Assembly (NCBI GenBank): GCA_023248155.1
Contig: JAHFFE010000001.1
Coordinates: forward strand, 314,603 to 378,602
Length of the DNA: 64,000 nucleotides
Origin: Candidatus Omnitrophota bacterium
Lineage (GTDB): Bacteria; Omnitrophota; Gorgyraeia; 1-14-0-20-64-10
Direction of reading: 5' to 3'
Position 1 is the first letter of the stretch. Every line of letters starts with the position of its first letter. Below, one piece after another: positions 34,401 to 45,000 of the stretch. The notes under the pieces were generated by a model. It made no database searches, was not told where the DNA came from, and saw only the letters and a program-made list of their open reading frames with translations. Both the position numbers and the translations under genes were made by a program.

Positions 34401-37225
34401 GCAGGGTAACAATTACTATTAGTGGAAGCGATGTTGTTCTCCGCAAAGCGCCTGAGGAGCCAGTAATTGTTGCTCCGGTTAAGACTGCTGTGAAACTTCC
34501 GTTGACGGCGCGGCTGGCCAATATGTTTGGCGTATTCCGTTTCTCGGTGGACGCCACGGACAACATCAGCAATGAATTTGTTGATTATGTCGGTTCTGTG
34601 GGTGGTGATAAAGGGACGCTGAACCCATCCTCTGTCGGGAAATCCGCGGAGACCGGGCAGATGAATTCGTTGGTTCGTGAATTTGTTTCTTCTACGGTAA
34701 GAGGCGCGAATCTGCTCTGGCAATTGGTCAAGCGGCATGTCAGCGCGGTTTTCCTTCCCCGCGTGGAGACCAGTGTTGAATTGGATCCAACCGTTCCCTC
34801 GGTTTACGCGTTGACATTGGATGGTAAAAATCCTGTGGTTGTCAAAAAGAGCGAGGAAATCGTTGTTGACGAGATCGCTGTTGTTGTTGACAAGATCGTT
34901 GTTAAGGAAGAGTTCCAGGCCATTGTCGGCAAGAAGACCTTGAAGCCGGGCGAAAAACTGACGCCCGCGCAGGCGCGTCAGGTCCATAGCTTAATGGTTC
35001 GGCAATGGGTGGCGCAGGCGCTCGAAATCCATCGGCTGGGTGACAAAGCGACGGTAAAAATCGGCCACACGAAGTCGTTGACGCCCATCATGGGCGATTG
35101 GGGCGTGCGCGTTGGGCTGGATGTGCTGCATATTTTGTCGGTGCTGGGCATTCACCGCAACTTCACGCTGGGTTTTACCGAAGAAGATGCCAATCTGGCA
35201 TTGCAGGCCGACCGCGTCGTGCAGGCGGAGCTGGACGCGGTGAAAACATTGGATCTTCAGACAGTTTCTGCGGACCAGGTCATTTCCGCGCTGGACGCGC
35301 TCTATACGCCGGAGATTCGAGGGGATTTCAAGAATGACCCTTTGCCGCTGGGTCTCTTAGACAAAACTTCTCCGGTCATTCTTCCGGGCCAGCGCGCGGC
35401 CAAGGGCTACCGTCCGGCCGGGCGTTCTTATTTCAGTTTGTTCGCAAGCCGGGTCGATGCCAAGGTGAACAGCGCTGAATGGAAGGGAGAGTTTACCGAC
35501 GATCAGCAGAAATATTTTGGCATCGTGAACTTGCTGTATGTCATGGTGACGCATTACAACGATCAGGTTCCCTGGAATAAAGCCCATGGTCAGGTCGTGA
35601 TTCCGGCCAGTTTGGAGCCGAAAGTGGCCGGTCAGCCGGGTGATTTCTACTTTACTCCGCTGGTGGGTTGGGGGTATCAGGTTGTGCCGACCGCCTCTAA
35701 AAAAGTGATCGACGCGTTTAATGCTCGGACAGTGACCGATGAAATTACCGGTCAAGAGCGAGAGCTCAGTGAGGCGGAGCTATATGAAATCGCAATGCGG
35801 ACCCAGAGAATGAAGCAGGACTACGCGGATAAATTGGCCGCGCAAGGGCCGTTGTCTCCGGTCATTGATCAGGCCGCGGCGATCGATGTAATTGCCAAGC
35901 GTTTCGTGCAGGAAGGGTTTTACGCTGATTTTGACACGGCCCGCGCTGTGGTTGAGAGCATCGTTACGTACAGGCAGAATAATCCGCAGGGCTACGACAA
36001 AATGATGAACCAGTTGTATCCCGAGGGGGATGATAAATTTACCGGCCCGCATCTGCTCGGTGTTCAGAGCGTGAACCAGAAAATTGAGGTGGTGGCTGCC
36101 AACCGGCAGAGCGCGCAATTGGTTGGTACGCTTCGGGAAATCAACTATGTTCCCACGAGAATCCTCAATGAAACAGGCAGCCAAACGGTGCTTGATAACT
36201 TAACGGATGTCGCTAATTTGTTGGAAAGCGACGATTCCGCTGTTGTAGCGTTGAGTCTGGCTGAAAATTTGTTGATTGTTCGTACCGGCAAAGTGGAAAG
36301 CATCGCTCTTGCGCAGGCCGATCTGTCGGCTTTGTTGTCTCTTGCGGGACCATTGGCTCCGCTGAAAGTTGCTGCACAACAAAGAGCGGAAGCAGAAGCC
36401 AAAACCGCTCTGCAGAACGCGTTTGGAACTTTACCGTTGGATACCGCCGGCACGCGTGTTTATTCCGGCCCGGCCGCTCTGCGCCAGTTGTCGGAACTGT
36501 TTTCCGGAGATGTGGCGGTGATTGGGGCCAGATACGAAGAAGGGAACCCGGCGTCGGTTATTACTACCCCGCGGAACACGGCCCGTCTTTCTGTGAGCGC
36601 TAATCCGAACAACTATCTGGTGATTCAAGCTCCTTCCGGCCAGTTAGCGCTTGTGCGCAAAGAGGAATTGGAATCCAAGGATAGGAGAGCTACAGCTGAG
36701 GCGGCTGCTAGAGCTAAAACCGCTGTTCCGGGTACCGGTGGCGAGGTTATCGCCCCGGTTGCGCCGACATTGCTGGAGCGGATCGTTGCCAAAGTGGGTG
36801 TTCCGATCACTGCAACGGTTGTCAAACTCGATGAAAAGCAACTGGATCTTCCGTCCAGGCTATGGCTGCACAATGGTTTGTTGCAGCCGAGCTTCATTGC
36901 TAGGGAACAGATTACCGATCTCCCGGCTGACAAAGCGGGTGTTGTGGCTGTCTGGTCTGGCAAGCAGGCCCAGATTCAATCCACCGACCTGGTTCTACTC
37001 AACGCCAACACGGTTCCTTCGGCGGAAGTAGATCAGTGGCTGGTAGGATTGCCCGCGGATCGCAAACCGGTTGTTTTACGGCTTTCAAACAATGACATTA
37101 ATATCGCCAGGAATCAGAATATTTTGGCTGCGTTAATCGAGATTGCCCGGCAACAGGGCGGGTATCTGGATGTCATCGGTATGACCTACGATCCGGCTAC
37201 GCAGGTGTTGTCGGTCCAGGCTTAA
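31454..37225 (+). CDS. Giant secreted protein, AG-x-EE motif family member 3 (1923 aa). It has receiver-like, KDPG-aldolase-like and transaldolase-like domains.
   Basis: Signal peptide plus an ALRAAGLEE box. Seven motifs, all in the N-terminal ~900 aa. Eda-like motifs (PVAAGSVLTADQVEKAVRAGAKIIVSPG...IPGVASMSEAK...LLKFFPFS...FIPTGGITPEM) and transaldolase-like motifs (VKIGHTKSL...GIHRNFTLGFT...SYFSLFASRVD). Confidence 0.8.
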   Translation: MRFDFLRSISVVVLSVFSLSSVSPAFALRAAGLEENAEKGTVTRRLLEGNRGNFSGGLQKNSTSGLEEIRILLVAVSDEALAKKMGEMAQAWRSELDVRIVHTADEAQVYLKAQQNPRPDAVIWELSTMGTETLIDPSQLSFNVPVALVGEGAMGVVGEWIALFNNRPVPAPFQETLQQKAKKDGFSRTARLLFGDDLVNRRPLRLLRGTENYELSAFTHNLDILNRDFRSRSAGLEEAWDRDTADSWTILSGTVSTQLIQQLLQQTPAPAITDLGNFYWTKGTLSQLTPGMVNNILNVAPSRHLLAISNGQVALIRQGELESADQDGAKDATNWYGKLATRAETVLTPQHLQSAGLEETPAQVIAKQKAMAVIAVPSVQVAAGIGAVVAYKGIIPEITFRGNEADVLQAINALFGLSSSKRMPVAAGSVLTADQVEKAVRAGAKIIVSPGLIDEVILKAQELGVLVIPGVASMSEAKTAVEVYGLSLLKFFPFSFVDQADFIKSIKAPLPPNLQAVVDAKVTWGDSGEVATFTKILEFVLSNPTASKQFQLPKKKGLEALHQLGVNPAVANAQFIPTGGITPEMIPQLIGKEKIVAVGLSIGGDNPAVLAKADAIAKAVAQIAGAEEGVVAVVASEDNFQAVAGYVRKYAIGQGRKAPQMVHQHFDDARQNASRGFVTAIVAIFPSADADQIAWIERTKELAPNVPIAVIYSGNGNEVRRVSTKALSSRELSQDAVGEMVFSLLPTAGAEESTVLLPTPQNSFPASRGAVSPDGDSLLALKETPEVRWATMVGRTEGFSSGRSSDGLVHAQGLVDRLEIKAGFTTGIENELNIVESYRAGQYTLAILGAPVATSARPIIQGFKYEVTGAPGVNRVLTLSVDQNAVSPKVINNLVAQNLPSGSPKPLTVVIEAAAGLEETVYTGIDQVVAAITQPEGEDSIRALVYSLPDGTEQRAVLAPGEWTPAQAVPGAFQAMELRPVSGRVTITISGSDVVLRKAPEEPVIVAPVKTAVKLPLTARLANMFGVFRFSVDATDNISNEFVDYVGSVGGDKGTLNPSSVGKSAETGQMNSLVREFVSSTVRGANLLWQLVKRHVSAVFLPRVETSVELDPTVPSVYALTLDGKNPVVVKKSEEIVVDEIAVVVDKIVVKEEFQAIVGKKTLKPGEKLTPAQARQVHSLMVRQWVAQALEIHRLGDKATVKIGHTKSLTPIMGDWGVRVGLDVLHILSVLGIHRNFTLGFTEEDANLALQADRVVQAELDAVKTLDLQTVSADQVISALDALYTPEIRGDFKNDPLPLGLLDKTSPVILPGQRAAKGYRPAGRSYFSLFASRVDAKVNSAEWKGEFTDDQQKYFGIVNLLYVMVTHYNDQVPWNKAHGQVVIPASLEPKVAGQPGDFYFTPLVGWGYQVVPTASKKVIDAFNARTVTDEITGQERELSEAELYEIAMRTQRMKQDYADKLAAQGPLSPVIDQAAAIDVIAKRFVQEGFYADFDTARAVVESIVTYRQNNPQGYDKMMNQLYPEGDDKFTGPHLLGVQSVNQKIEVVAANRQSAQLVGTLREINYVPTRILNETGSQTVLDNLTDVANLLESDDSAVVALSLAENLLIVRTGKVESIALAQADLSALLSLAGPLAPLKVAAQQRAEAEAKTALQNAFGTLPLDTAGTRVYSGPAALRQLSELFSGDVAVIGARYEEGNPASVITTPRNTARLSVSANPNNYLVIQAPSGQLALVRKEELESKDRRATAEAAARAKTAVPGTGGEVIAPVAPTLLERIVAKVGVPITATVVKLDEKQLDLPSRLWLHNGLLQPSFIAREQITDLPADKAGVVAVWSGKQAQIQSTDLVLLNANTVPSAEVDQWLVGLPADRKPVVLRLSNNDINIARNQNILAALIEIARQQGGYLDVIGMTYDPATQVLSVQA

Positions 37226-37241
37226 CAGAACGGAGAGAAAA

Positions 37242-40200
37242 ATGCGGTTTAATTATCTGCGAACAATTTCGGCAATCGTTCTGACTGCTTTTTCTCTGTC
37301 AGCGGCTACGCCTATGCCTGCGTGGGCTTTGCGCGCCACTGGCGCCGAGGAAAGCGCCACCCAGCCTATTTTGGCTCGCGCGCTTCAATCCGGCAATAAA
37401 GGTAATTTTGTCCGCGGAGTTGATTCCCGCTTAGTTGCCGCTGGTCAGGAAGAGAATGTTCATGTGCTGGGTATTGAGGGCAAGCCGACCAATTCCCGCG
37501 AGGGTCTGACCGCTTATGACAACCAGCCCGATTTGCAAACGGCGGTCCGTGCTTACGTGCAGGCCTCGTCCGTTCTGGTGACGATTACGTCCATTCAGCA
37601 GAGAGATGGAACAACGGATGAGTTTCTTGGAAAACCGTTTGTTTTTGAAACCTATCGTTTTGCGCCAGGAAAAGATCCTCTCGACCCTAAAGATGGCAAT
37701 TGGGGCGGCATGACCTGGCAACTGCGCCGTTTTTCTATTCGATTAAACGGACTTAGTCGGGTGGGCAGCCCTCTTCCGAATATGTCACACACGCTGAATC
37801 GGTTTCGCTTAATTGAAACATCGCCGGGACAACTTGTCATCGAACCAGTTTTTGACGCGGCGCTTGCGCCGCGATTGAAGACCCTTTTGCCCGATGTGGC
37901 TTTAGAGACGATTCAGGGTTGGTTATCAAAGGGCCAATACGCGCAGATCCTTTCTTTAGCTGAGAGTGGTGCTAACGAGAGAACAGATACTCGGAATCTG
38001 ACGCAAATCCGGAATATGCTCAATGCCATGCTGGATGTTTCTTCCGCCGCTGGGGCCGAAGAGAGATTTGAGGTTTCTGTCCGCAGTACGAGTGATGGCA
38101 CTGAAAACTTCGATCGAATCGAGCTTATGTCCAGGAGCGAAGAAACAGATCGGTTAGCGAATGCACTGGGCTTGATTAAAGGGCGTTCCTTGCTTTTGAT
38201 ACGCCAAAAGGCGCCGACTACCGCCACGGAGGCATTTCCCTTTTTTGCCGTGTCCGATGGGGCAAAGGTGATTCTTTTGTCCGGGGCTGGATCCGATGGC
38301 GCGCAGCTTTGGCGTTCCTATGCGGAAGAAAAAATAAAACGAAGCATAGTTTTTTCATCTATGCGGTCATTTCGTACTTTAGAAAGCCCCGTTAATGTTC
38401 AAATTAGTTCTCCCCTGAGTATTCCTCAATATGATCTATTGCAGGTAACGATCTCTGCTGGGCAGGAAGAAAAGTGGTCGAATCCGTTTATGGGTCCAAA
38501 CCGCGTCAATTTAATGTCTGGCGATTACGCGGCAAAATGGATTTCGCAAGGCGTCTTGGCTGCGAAAATTGCTTCTGTCGCGGTTCATCCGAAAGAGGGT
38601 TCTCCCGTTACGCTTTCGCTGAATCAAGTCAACACAGCTCGAAAATTGCTTCGCCAATTTAAACGCGACGATTGGGTTAATGTGTCCTGGGCAGAAAACG
38701 GTTCCGCTCGGGGAGAAATTCGTGTTGATGTCCGGCCCGTTGATGTTTTGTCCGATGGGATGCCTGTTCCGCCCGTTGGCGAATTTACCAGCGTAATCGG
38801 TTATCTGACCATTACGACGACCCCTTACACCGCGGCCAGGGCCATAGCAGCATCCGCGGCAGAGATTGCTTCCGTTGAAACTCTAATTTCTTTTACGAGT
38901 GACCCCGGCTATTGGAGCGGTTATGGCCACGCAAGCACCGATTGGAACGCCGTGGCTGAACAGCATGCCAAGGTCTATGTGGCTGCCGGCCTGGCTTCAA
39001 TAAATCCGGCTATTTTATCGGCCAAAGTTCAGTTTCTGGCGAATCTCGAACCGCTATTTCTCGCTGGGCAGGAGGAAACTTATTTCTATTCTCCTGCTGG
39101 GGCTACGCTCAAGTCCAACGATCAGACGCAGCCCGATCTTCCTATCGCTGTTGGGGATGTCTTCCGAATTTATCTGGCTCAGAAGCGAGTCAAACCCGAT
39201 GATCGCAGCGACGAGACTTATCTGCTTCGGCTCATGGAGAACGGGCAGCTTGCTCTAATGGAACGGCCGCCAGCCGGCAGAACATTCAGTGAAATGACCG
39301 AAAACGAAGACCAATTTGTTCAGTTGGCCATCGGCTGGGATCAGGCACATCAGCGGGGTGAGCGGGTGACCATAAATACCCTGTATGGACCCGTGAGCAT
39401 TTCACTGAACGCGGGAAAAACCCAACTTGCCTTCGAGCATGCTTTCCGAGAGGAAAATATAGAGGAACGCATTGGCTCTAAAGTAAATATTTATCCTAGC
39501 TCTCTCTACGACCTCGGCTTCAATCGCCTTATTCCAGCTGTTGGGTTGCCCGCCGTCAGGGATTTTAAAGCCGCTTATCGCCGTTTCTATAAGAATCAGC
39601 AAAACGGAGACGCCGCCGCGCGGTTAGAAGCGGCCCGCGTAGCTTTAGTGGTGCTGGCCAATACGGAAGATCAGACACGGTTTCGTGCGGCCTATGCCTC
39701 TTTTGAAAAGGCTCTTTTGAATGAGCTGCAAACGGCTCCTTACACTCTTGTCAAGGGCGTTCCGGGTTTCGATAAACCGATTTTTGCAATAGATTATGTG
39801 AGTCACACCCAGCGTCAGCTCGTCGATGAACTCACCGCGATTCGATCCCTTTCAAATGCCGCCGGGGCGGAGGAAACTTACCGCAACTACGATTCCAGCG
39901 GTTGGCATGTCACATTACCCGCAGGGCAAGCCGTCGCGCAGCCGGTTACGGTGGCTACTAATCCGGGAGATATTCTGCTTCTGCAGTGGGCGCCCCAAAT
40001 TCCGAATCAGGAAAATAGGCTGTTCGCGCTGGTTCGGGTTTCTGATGATGGAAAAGAAATTTCCGTCTTGGATCAGCTCGATTCGCAATTCAGATTGAGT
40101 AGTTTTTATCGGGCGGGTGTTCAGGGTATGACTGGAGCAGAAGTGCCTGGCGATGTTATCCGGAGCGTGGAGTGGGGACCGGCCGCTTCGGAGGCGAGAA

Positions 40201-42056
40201 TTTCTGAGGCTGGAATTTCTTTTCAGAGCAATCCCAATAATTCGTTGAGTGTTACCCTGTCGTCGAATAATTATTTAGTTGTTTCCCGTCTCCAGCCGGC
40301 CGCCGGCGCTGAGGAGAAACTGATACTTTCCCGTTCCGAACTGCTGGATCGTGTGGAGGCTTTAGCTCAGATACAACATACGGGAGGCGGGTATGCCATC
40401 GGCCGGGTGGGGTATCTTCGTGCTGGAGAGGTAGTGCCGATCGAGGTATCCCGGGCAGGCATAGACCAAGGGGAAATTCCGGGAATTATTCCTGCAATGA
40501 CGAATCGATTAATTGCTCGGATCGAATCGCTGCGAGATGGCCGACACGCTTTGCAAATTCAGAGTTCATCAAATGGCGGCCAATTTGCAGTAACTCCGCA
40601 CGGGCTTCAGGTTCAGAAATTTTGGGAGTTACAGCAGATTCACGCCGGATACCCGTTGGAATATTTATCAGATCCTTCCATATTACAGGGTAACAACAAG
40701 GTTGCCGTCACGCGCAATGGCCGCCCGGTTAATTTTGCCGATTATGAGCGGCTTCAGGATCAATTGGTGGGGGCGCCGGGACAAGCATTGCCAATGACCC
40801 TGCTGATCACCGCCCAAGGGGTTGAATTGGTTCCCGCTTATCTTGTTTCGAGTGGCCAGCCGGCAAAGGTTCAAGGTCTTTTTGAACTTGAGGTGGCCCC
40901 GGAATTTACAGCGCCTCCTTCAGGACAATTTCCCCTTATTAATGAAACCGTTTTTGTAGAGCGTTTAGCAGAGGTTCCGAATAATCCTTTTGATTTGGCG
41001 CTTGGGTTCGCTCCGGAAGCCCCCGTTCGTTTATTCCGCCTGCTGGATTCGCCGTTCTCTGTGGCAACGGATGGCAATCGTGTTGTTTATTTCTCCCCGG
41101 ATGCCGAGCCATTGGCGAGGGCCGTGGCGAAGGCGGGAAATATCTCGACAGTTCTCTCCGCGTCGAAAGATCTTAAATTGCGAATCAGAATTGAAACGCC
41201 TGATCAAACCCAATCGGGTGATAAGTTACTGGTATCGGTTCAAGAAGCTCGTGCCGGTGCGGAGGAAAACTGGAATAATCTGGCGCCGAATGAAAAACAT
41301 CCGGTTTTTGTCGGCCAGGCCGTGCAATGGATTTCCGCGGCGGGTGAGTCAGGGAAAGTGGCCGGCATCCGCGTGGGCAATGACCCAAGCCAGGAAGCCG
41401 TTCTGTTGGCGAATCAATTTTCTAACCCGATTGCGCTGGAGCGTCAGTTTAATTCGGTCGCGATGCAGGGGAGCGTTGGCTTGTTGTGGCGCCCTGCGGC
41501 GGGAACCGCTGTCGGCTCTGGAATGATCGCGCTGGAAATTTCTTCTCCGGAAGCCGGCGCCGAGGAAGGCGTCACGCGCCTTTCTGCGGAGGAATTGGTT
41601 GGCCGGGCAATGCTTTCGGATGAAGAGGGTGTCGTCCAGTTCTCTTCCGGAGACTTGGTTATTCCGATCAGCACTAATTTGCCGACTACCGGAACGCTGT
41701 ATCATCAGCCGGGGCTGGCACTGCCGAATATCGACGGATTGAATCAGGTTGTTATTGCCGGCAGCGCGGTCGATGTTCAGAAAATCTGGGATCAAACGCC
41801 TCCGATACCGGGTGATTTGGTCATGCTCAACAACGATACCGTTGGCGACGGGTACAAAGACTTTCTGCCGACTGTGTTGGTAGAGGGCGCTCTCTTTTTG
41901 CGTGTTAGTGCCGCAGCGTCGGCCAAGCTGACACCGGAACTGCTGGCCGGTATCCTTGCGGTTTCTCAGCAGCTAGTAGGGCAGGTACTGTTGATTAATG
42001 ATCTGGAATATGTCACCGTAGAAAATCAGACCTACGCGGTTCTGCGCTCGGCCTAA
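37242..42056 (+). CDS. Giant secreted protein, AG-x-EE motif family member 4 (1604 aa)
   Basis: The N-terminus is paralogous to member 3 (MRF..LR.IS..VL..FSLS...ALRA.G.EE...GN.GNF). Nine AG(A/Q)EE motifs. The C-terminus ends QTYAVLRSA. Confidence 0.8.
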   Translation: MRFNYLRTISAIVLTAFSLSAATPMPAWALRATGAEESATQPILARALQSGNKGNFVRGVDSRLVAAGQEENVHVLGIEGKPTNSREGLTAYDNQPDLQTAVRAYVQASSVLVTITSIQQRDGTTDEFLGKPFVFETYRFAPGKDPLDPKDGNWGGMTWQLRRFSIRLNGLSRVGSPLPNMSHTLNRFRLIETSPGQLVIEPVFDAALAPRLKTLLPDVALETIQGWLSKGQYAQILSLAESGANERTDTRNLTQIRNMLNAMLDVSSAAGAEERFEVSVRSTSDGTENFDRIELMSRSEETDRLANALGLIKGRSLLLIRQKAPTTATEAFPFFAVSDGAKVILLSGAGSDGAQLWRSYAEEKIKRSIVFSSMRSFRTLESPVNVQISSPLSIPQYDLLQVTISAGQEEKWSNPFMGPNRVNLMSGDYAAKWISQGVLAAKIASVAVHPKEGSPVTLSLNQVNTARKLLRQFKRDDWVNVSWAENGSARGEIRVDVRPVDVLSDGMPVPPVGEFTSVIGYLTITTTPYTAARAIAASAAEIASVETLISFTSDPGYWSGYGHASTDWNAVAEQHAKVYVAAGLASINPAILSAKVQFLANLEPLFLAGQEETYFYSPAGATLKSNDQTQPDLPIAVGDVFRIYLAQKRVKPDDRSDETYLLRLMENGQLALMERPPAGRTFSEMTENEDQFVQLAIGWDQAHQRGERVTINTLYGPVSISLNAGKTQLAFEHAFREENIEERIGSKVNIYPSSLYDLGFNRLIPAVGLPAVRDFKAAYRRFYKNQQNGDAAARLEAARVALVVLANTEDQTRFRAAYASFEKALLNELQTAPYTLVKGVPGFDKPIFAIDYVSHTQRQLVDELTAIRSLSNAAGAEETYRNYDSSGWHVTLPAGQAVAQPVTVATNPGDILLLQWAPQIPNQENRLFALVRVSDDGKEISVLDQLDSQFRLSSFYRAGVQGMTGAEVPGDVIRSVEWGPAASEARISEAGISFQSNPNNSLSVTLSSNNYLVVSRLQPAAGAEEKLILSRSELLDRVEALAQIQHTGGGYAIGRVGYLRAGEVVPIEVSRAGIDQGEIPGIIPAMTNRLIARIESLRDGRHALQIQSSSNGGQFAVTPHGLQVQKFWELQQIHAGYPLEYLSDPSILQGNNKVAVTRNGRPVNFADYERLQDQLVGAPGQALPMTLLITAQGVELVPAYLVSSGQPAKVQGLFELEVAPEFTAPPSGQFPLINETVFVERLAEVPNNPFDLALGFAPEAPVRLFRLLDSPFSVATDGNRVVYFSPDAEPLARAVAKAGNISTVLSASKDLKLRIRIETPDQTQSGDKLLVSVQEARAGAEENWNNLAPNEKHPVFVGQAVQWISAAGESGKVAGIRVGNDPSQEAVLLANQFSNPIALERQFNSVAMQGSVGLLWRPAAGTAVGSGMIALEISSPEAGAEEGVTRLSAEELVGRAMLSDEEGVVQFSSGDLVIPISTNLPTTGTLYHQPGLALPNIDGLNQVVIAGSAVDVQKIWDQTPPIPGDLVMLNNDTVGDGYKDFLPTVLVEGALFLRVSAAASAKLTPELLAGILAVSQQLVGQVLLINDLEYVTVENQTYAVLRSA

Positions 42057-42060
42057 AACT

Positions 42061-45000
42061 ATGAAAAAAACAGACTGGTTTAAAATAAGCGGTTTTCTGG
42101 GGCTGGCGCTGCTGCTGGCTGTTCCCGCGCCCGTATACGCTCTGCGCGGGGCGGGTGCCGAAGAAAGCTTGGAAAAAACGGATTTAACGCGGGCACTCTC
42201 CCGAGCGGGCAACCGCGGTTACTTGAAGCGTGCCGCCGGATTGGAGGAAACACCCTGGACAATCATCGGCCGGGGAGAGGGCACGCCGGTGGCGATGGCG
42301 CTGGATGATTCCGGTGACGCGCTGGTTCTGTCCCGGATCGCGGCCGGCGAACTGCGGCTTCAAAGAATAAGCCCGGCTGGAAAAGCAGAACCCATAACGC
42401 CGGTTCCGTCTTTGGCGGTTCCAATGCCGCCGGGTTCCGGCGGAGATCCGGCCAATCCGTCCGCTGCTTCTGTTTTCGCCATTCTTCCGTTCCGCGATCA
42501 GGTTCTTGTTACCGATGGCGGCCAGCAATTTTATCCGATAGAGATTTCATCCTTAGGGCAAACGGTTCCCGACCTCCAATCGGCGGCTAAGCCGGTTCCG
42601 CTGGCTAACGTAAGCCGGATCGATCAAATGATTGTCCGGCCTTCCGACGGAATGCTGATTATCGTGGATAAGCAGGGAGACGATGCCGCTTCAAAATCCA
42701 ATTCCATTGTTCGGTTATTTGATGTAAAGCAAATGCCGCCTGTTGTTAGAGAAGCCGTTGGGGTGGGAGAACCCGTCGTGACTGCACCGGCAGTAGCCAG
42801 AAACCGTCTTTACCTGGCCCAATCATTCCCGTTGAGCCCCGCTGCGGCAGTGCCGGCGGGTACCGGGACGCAGACTCAGCGAGAAATTCGCATCCGCGGG
42901 TTTAACATCTCTAACGGCGGGGATGGGAGCGTCGAAACGCTGAGAATTCAGGGACCCAAAACCTTCGTTCGGTCGGATGTGGCCGGTTTGGCGGCTGGCT
43001 TAGTGGATGGAAAACCATTTTTGTTTTCGCTGGAGAGCCGCCAACGCAAGGGTCCAGGAGTTGAAGCCGCCCAGCCGCTTCGTCTGGCGGTTTATTCTCT
43101 CGAGAATCAGGCGCAGGTTGGTTTCTTTGATCTGCCGGCCAATGTTCGGCAGATTACTTACGATTCAAAGAACAGCCAGGTACTGTTGGCCGCGGGCGGC
43201 GCGCCCGAATCCAATTCTTATCAAATCACCGCGGCGCCCGTCGCACAACTCATCCCGGCCGTTCAGCAACGGCCTGTTTCTGGATCTGGTTTAGAGGAAG
43301 CCCCTCAGCCTCCACCCGCCCAGCGCACGCAAGGGATTCATTCTCGGCTTGCCCGGATCTTCATCGAAGGAGTGCTTGCCCGTTATACGCCTTCAGGCAA
43401 TGAGAATTCTGATTTCACCGTCAAATATTTCGGAGAAACAGAAGATGAATCCTTGCTGTTTAATCCGGAGCTTTTCCTTGGGGTTGTAAGAAAATCCCAG
43501 GTTTCGCACCATGTTTGGGTCAATGTAAATCCAGCCACAAAAATCATCGAGGTTCATCCCGTTCAAATCCGCGAAGAATTGAAAAAACCGGTGATTCTTC
43601 TGGATTCTCAAAATACAGTGAACTTTATTCTCAACGCGGCTCTTCCAGAGCCGGTTCTTGGGGTCGCCTATCGGGAAGCAGGGCATCTTCAGGTTTTATC
43701 GGGGGCCTTGTTGGGCAACGCGAGTTTGCTCCCCCGGATTCTTCAGATGGTTAACATCAGTCAAACTATTCTCTTTTTGAAGGAACCCTTTGAAATTCCT
43801 GCGAATTCAGACGCAGAACAGTCTGCCCAAAAAGGATTCTTGCTGCGGCTGGCTTATGTGCCATCTCAAAGGTCTTTGCGTGCGGTCGCGTGGAGAACCA
43901 TTGATCAGTTTGTGCAGGAGTTTTCCGGTTTTGCAAAGGCAGGCCAGGCATCGGTTCTTTATTATCATACGCCTGCCGGGGTTTATCTTCTGGAAGGACC
44001 GGAGAATCTGCAGAATGCCGACTTTCTTCGTGCCGCGGCCGAACAGGTGGCCAGCGGTTCCTACGTGCTTGCCTCAAAGGAGGGCGCTGACGGAAAAGAA
44101 TTTCATTTGTACGCGCCTGAGTTTGCAGGTTTGGAGGAAACGGCCGTAGCAGAAAACGCATTGCCCTCAATATCCAGCCGTCCGGTTATTTCCTCGCCAT
44201 CCGGATTCTCGACGACAGTAGCTGGGCCTGTTTTTCCCGCTTATTCGGCGGTGATCTCCGCGGCAGGCAATGGTCCTTCCGCGTCAGCGAATTCCGTTTC
44301 TTCTTTGGCGGTTTCCGTGAGCAGTCCTCTGAATGCTCCGGCGGTTATTGAGCCGGTTACCGGCGAGCGGGCACCGGAACCGGTGGTTTTCTCGACGGTG
44401 GAAGAGGTGATTGCTTATTTGAACGCTTTGCCGGATGATCAGCCGGTTATTGTGGGCGGTGTCGAGATTCCTTCGCTAAGAGACACTCTTTTTCCGGTGA
44501 AATTAGACGAACTGGCCCGCAACAATCCGGGCCAGAATTTCTTAATCCGGCCCGCCGGCCCCGGCGCCGTTTTGCGCGTTGACCTGCAGGCGCCGGTCCG
44601 CACGCTCAGCGCGACGGAATTGTTTGGTGATACTACCGCAGTTTCGGTCCGATTTGACCTGGCCGAAGCTTCCGATGCCATGATTGCCGCGCAAATCGCC
44701 CAGGCCAATAAGCTGGGCCAGCCGGTACAGATTTCCCGTTCCGGCGAGTTTGCGGCTGTCTTTGAAAAAACTCCAACACTTTCGCCATCGGTCCTTTACA
44801 TACAAGATGATTTGGATCTGCCGCAAGATATGTCGGAATCCGATGGAACGGTTGATGTTCGCCGGATTCCGGCCGATCCCGAGCTGGCCCAGGAATTCTG
44901 GGAGCTGCAGCAGACCCTCTTACCCGGCTCCGTCGTGATTTTAAACAGCAACCTGCTGGCCAATCAGCGGCTCGATCCGCGCCAGTGGCTGCCCGCGAAT

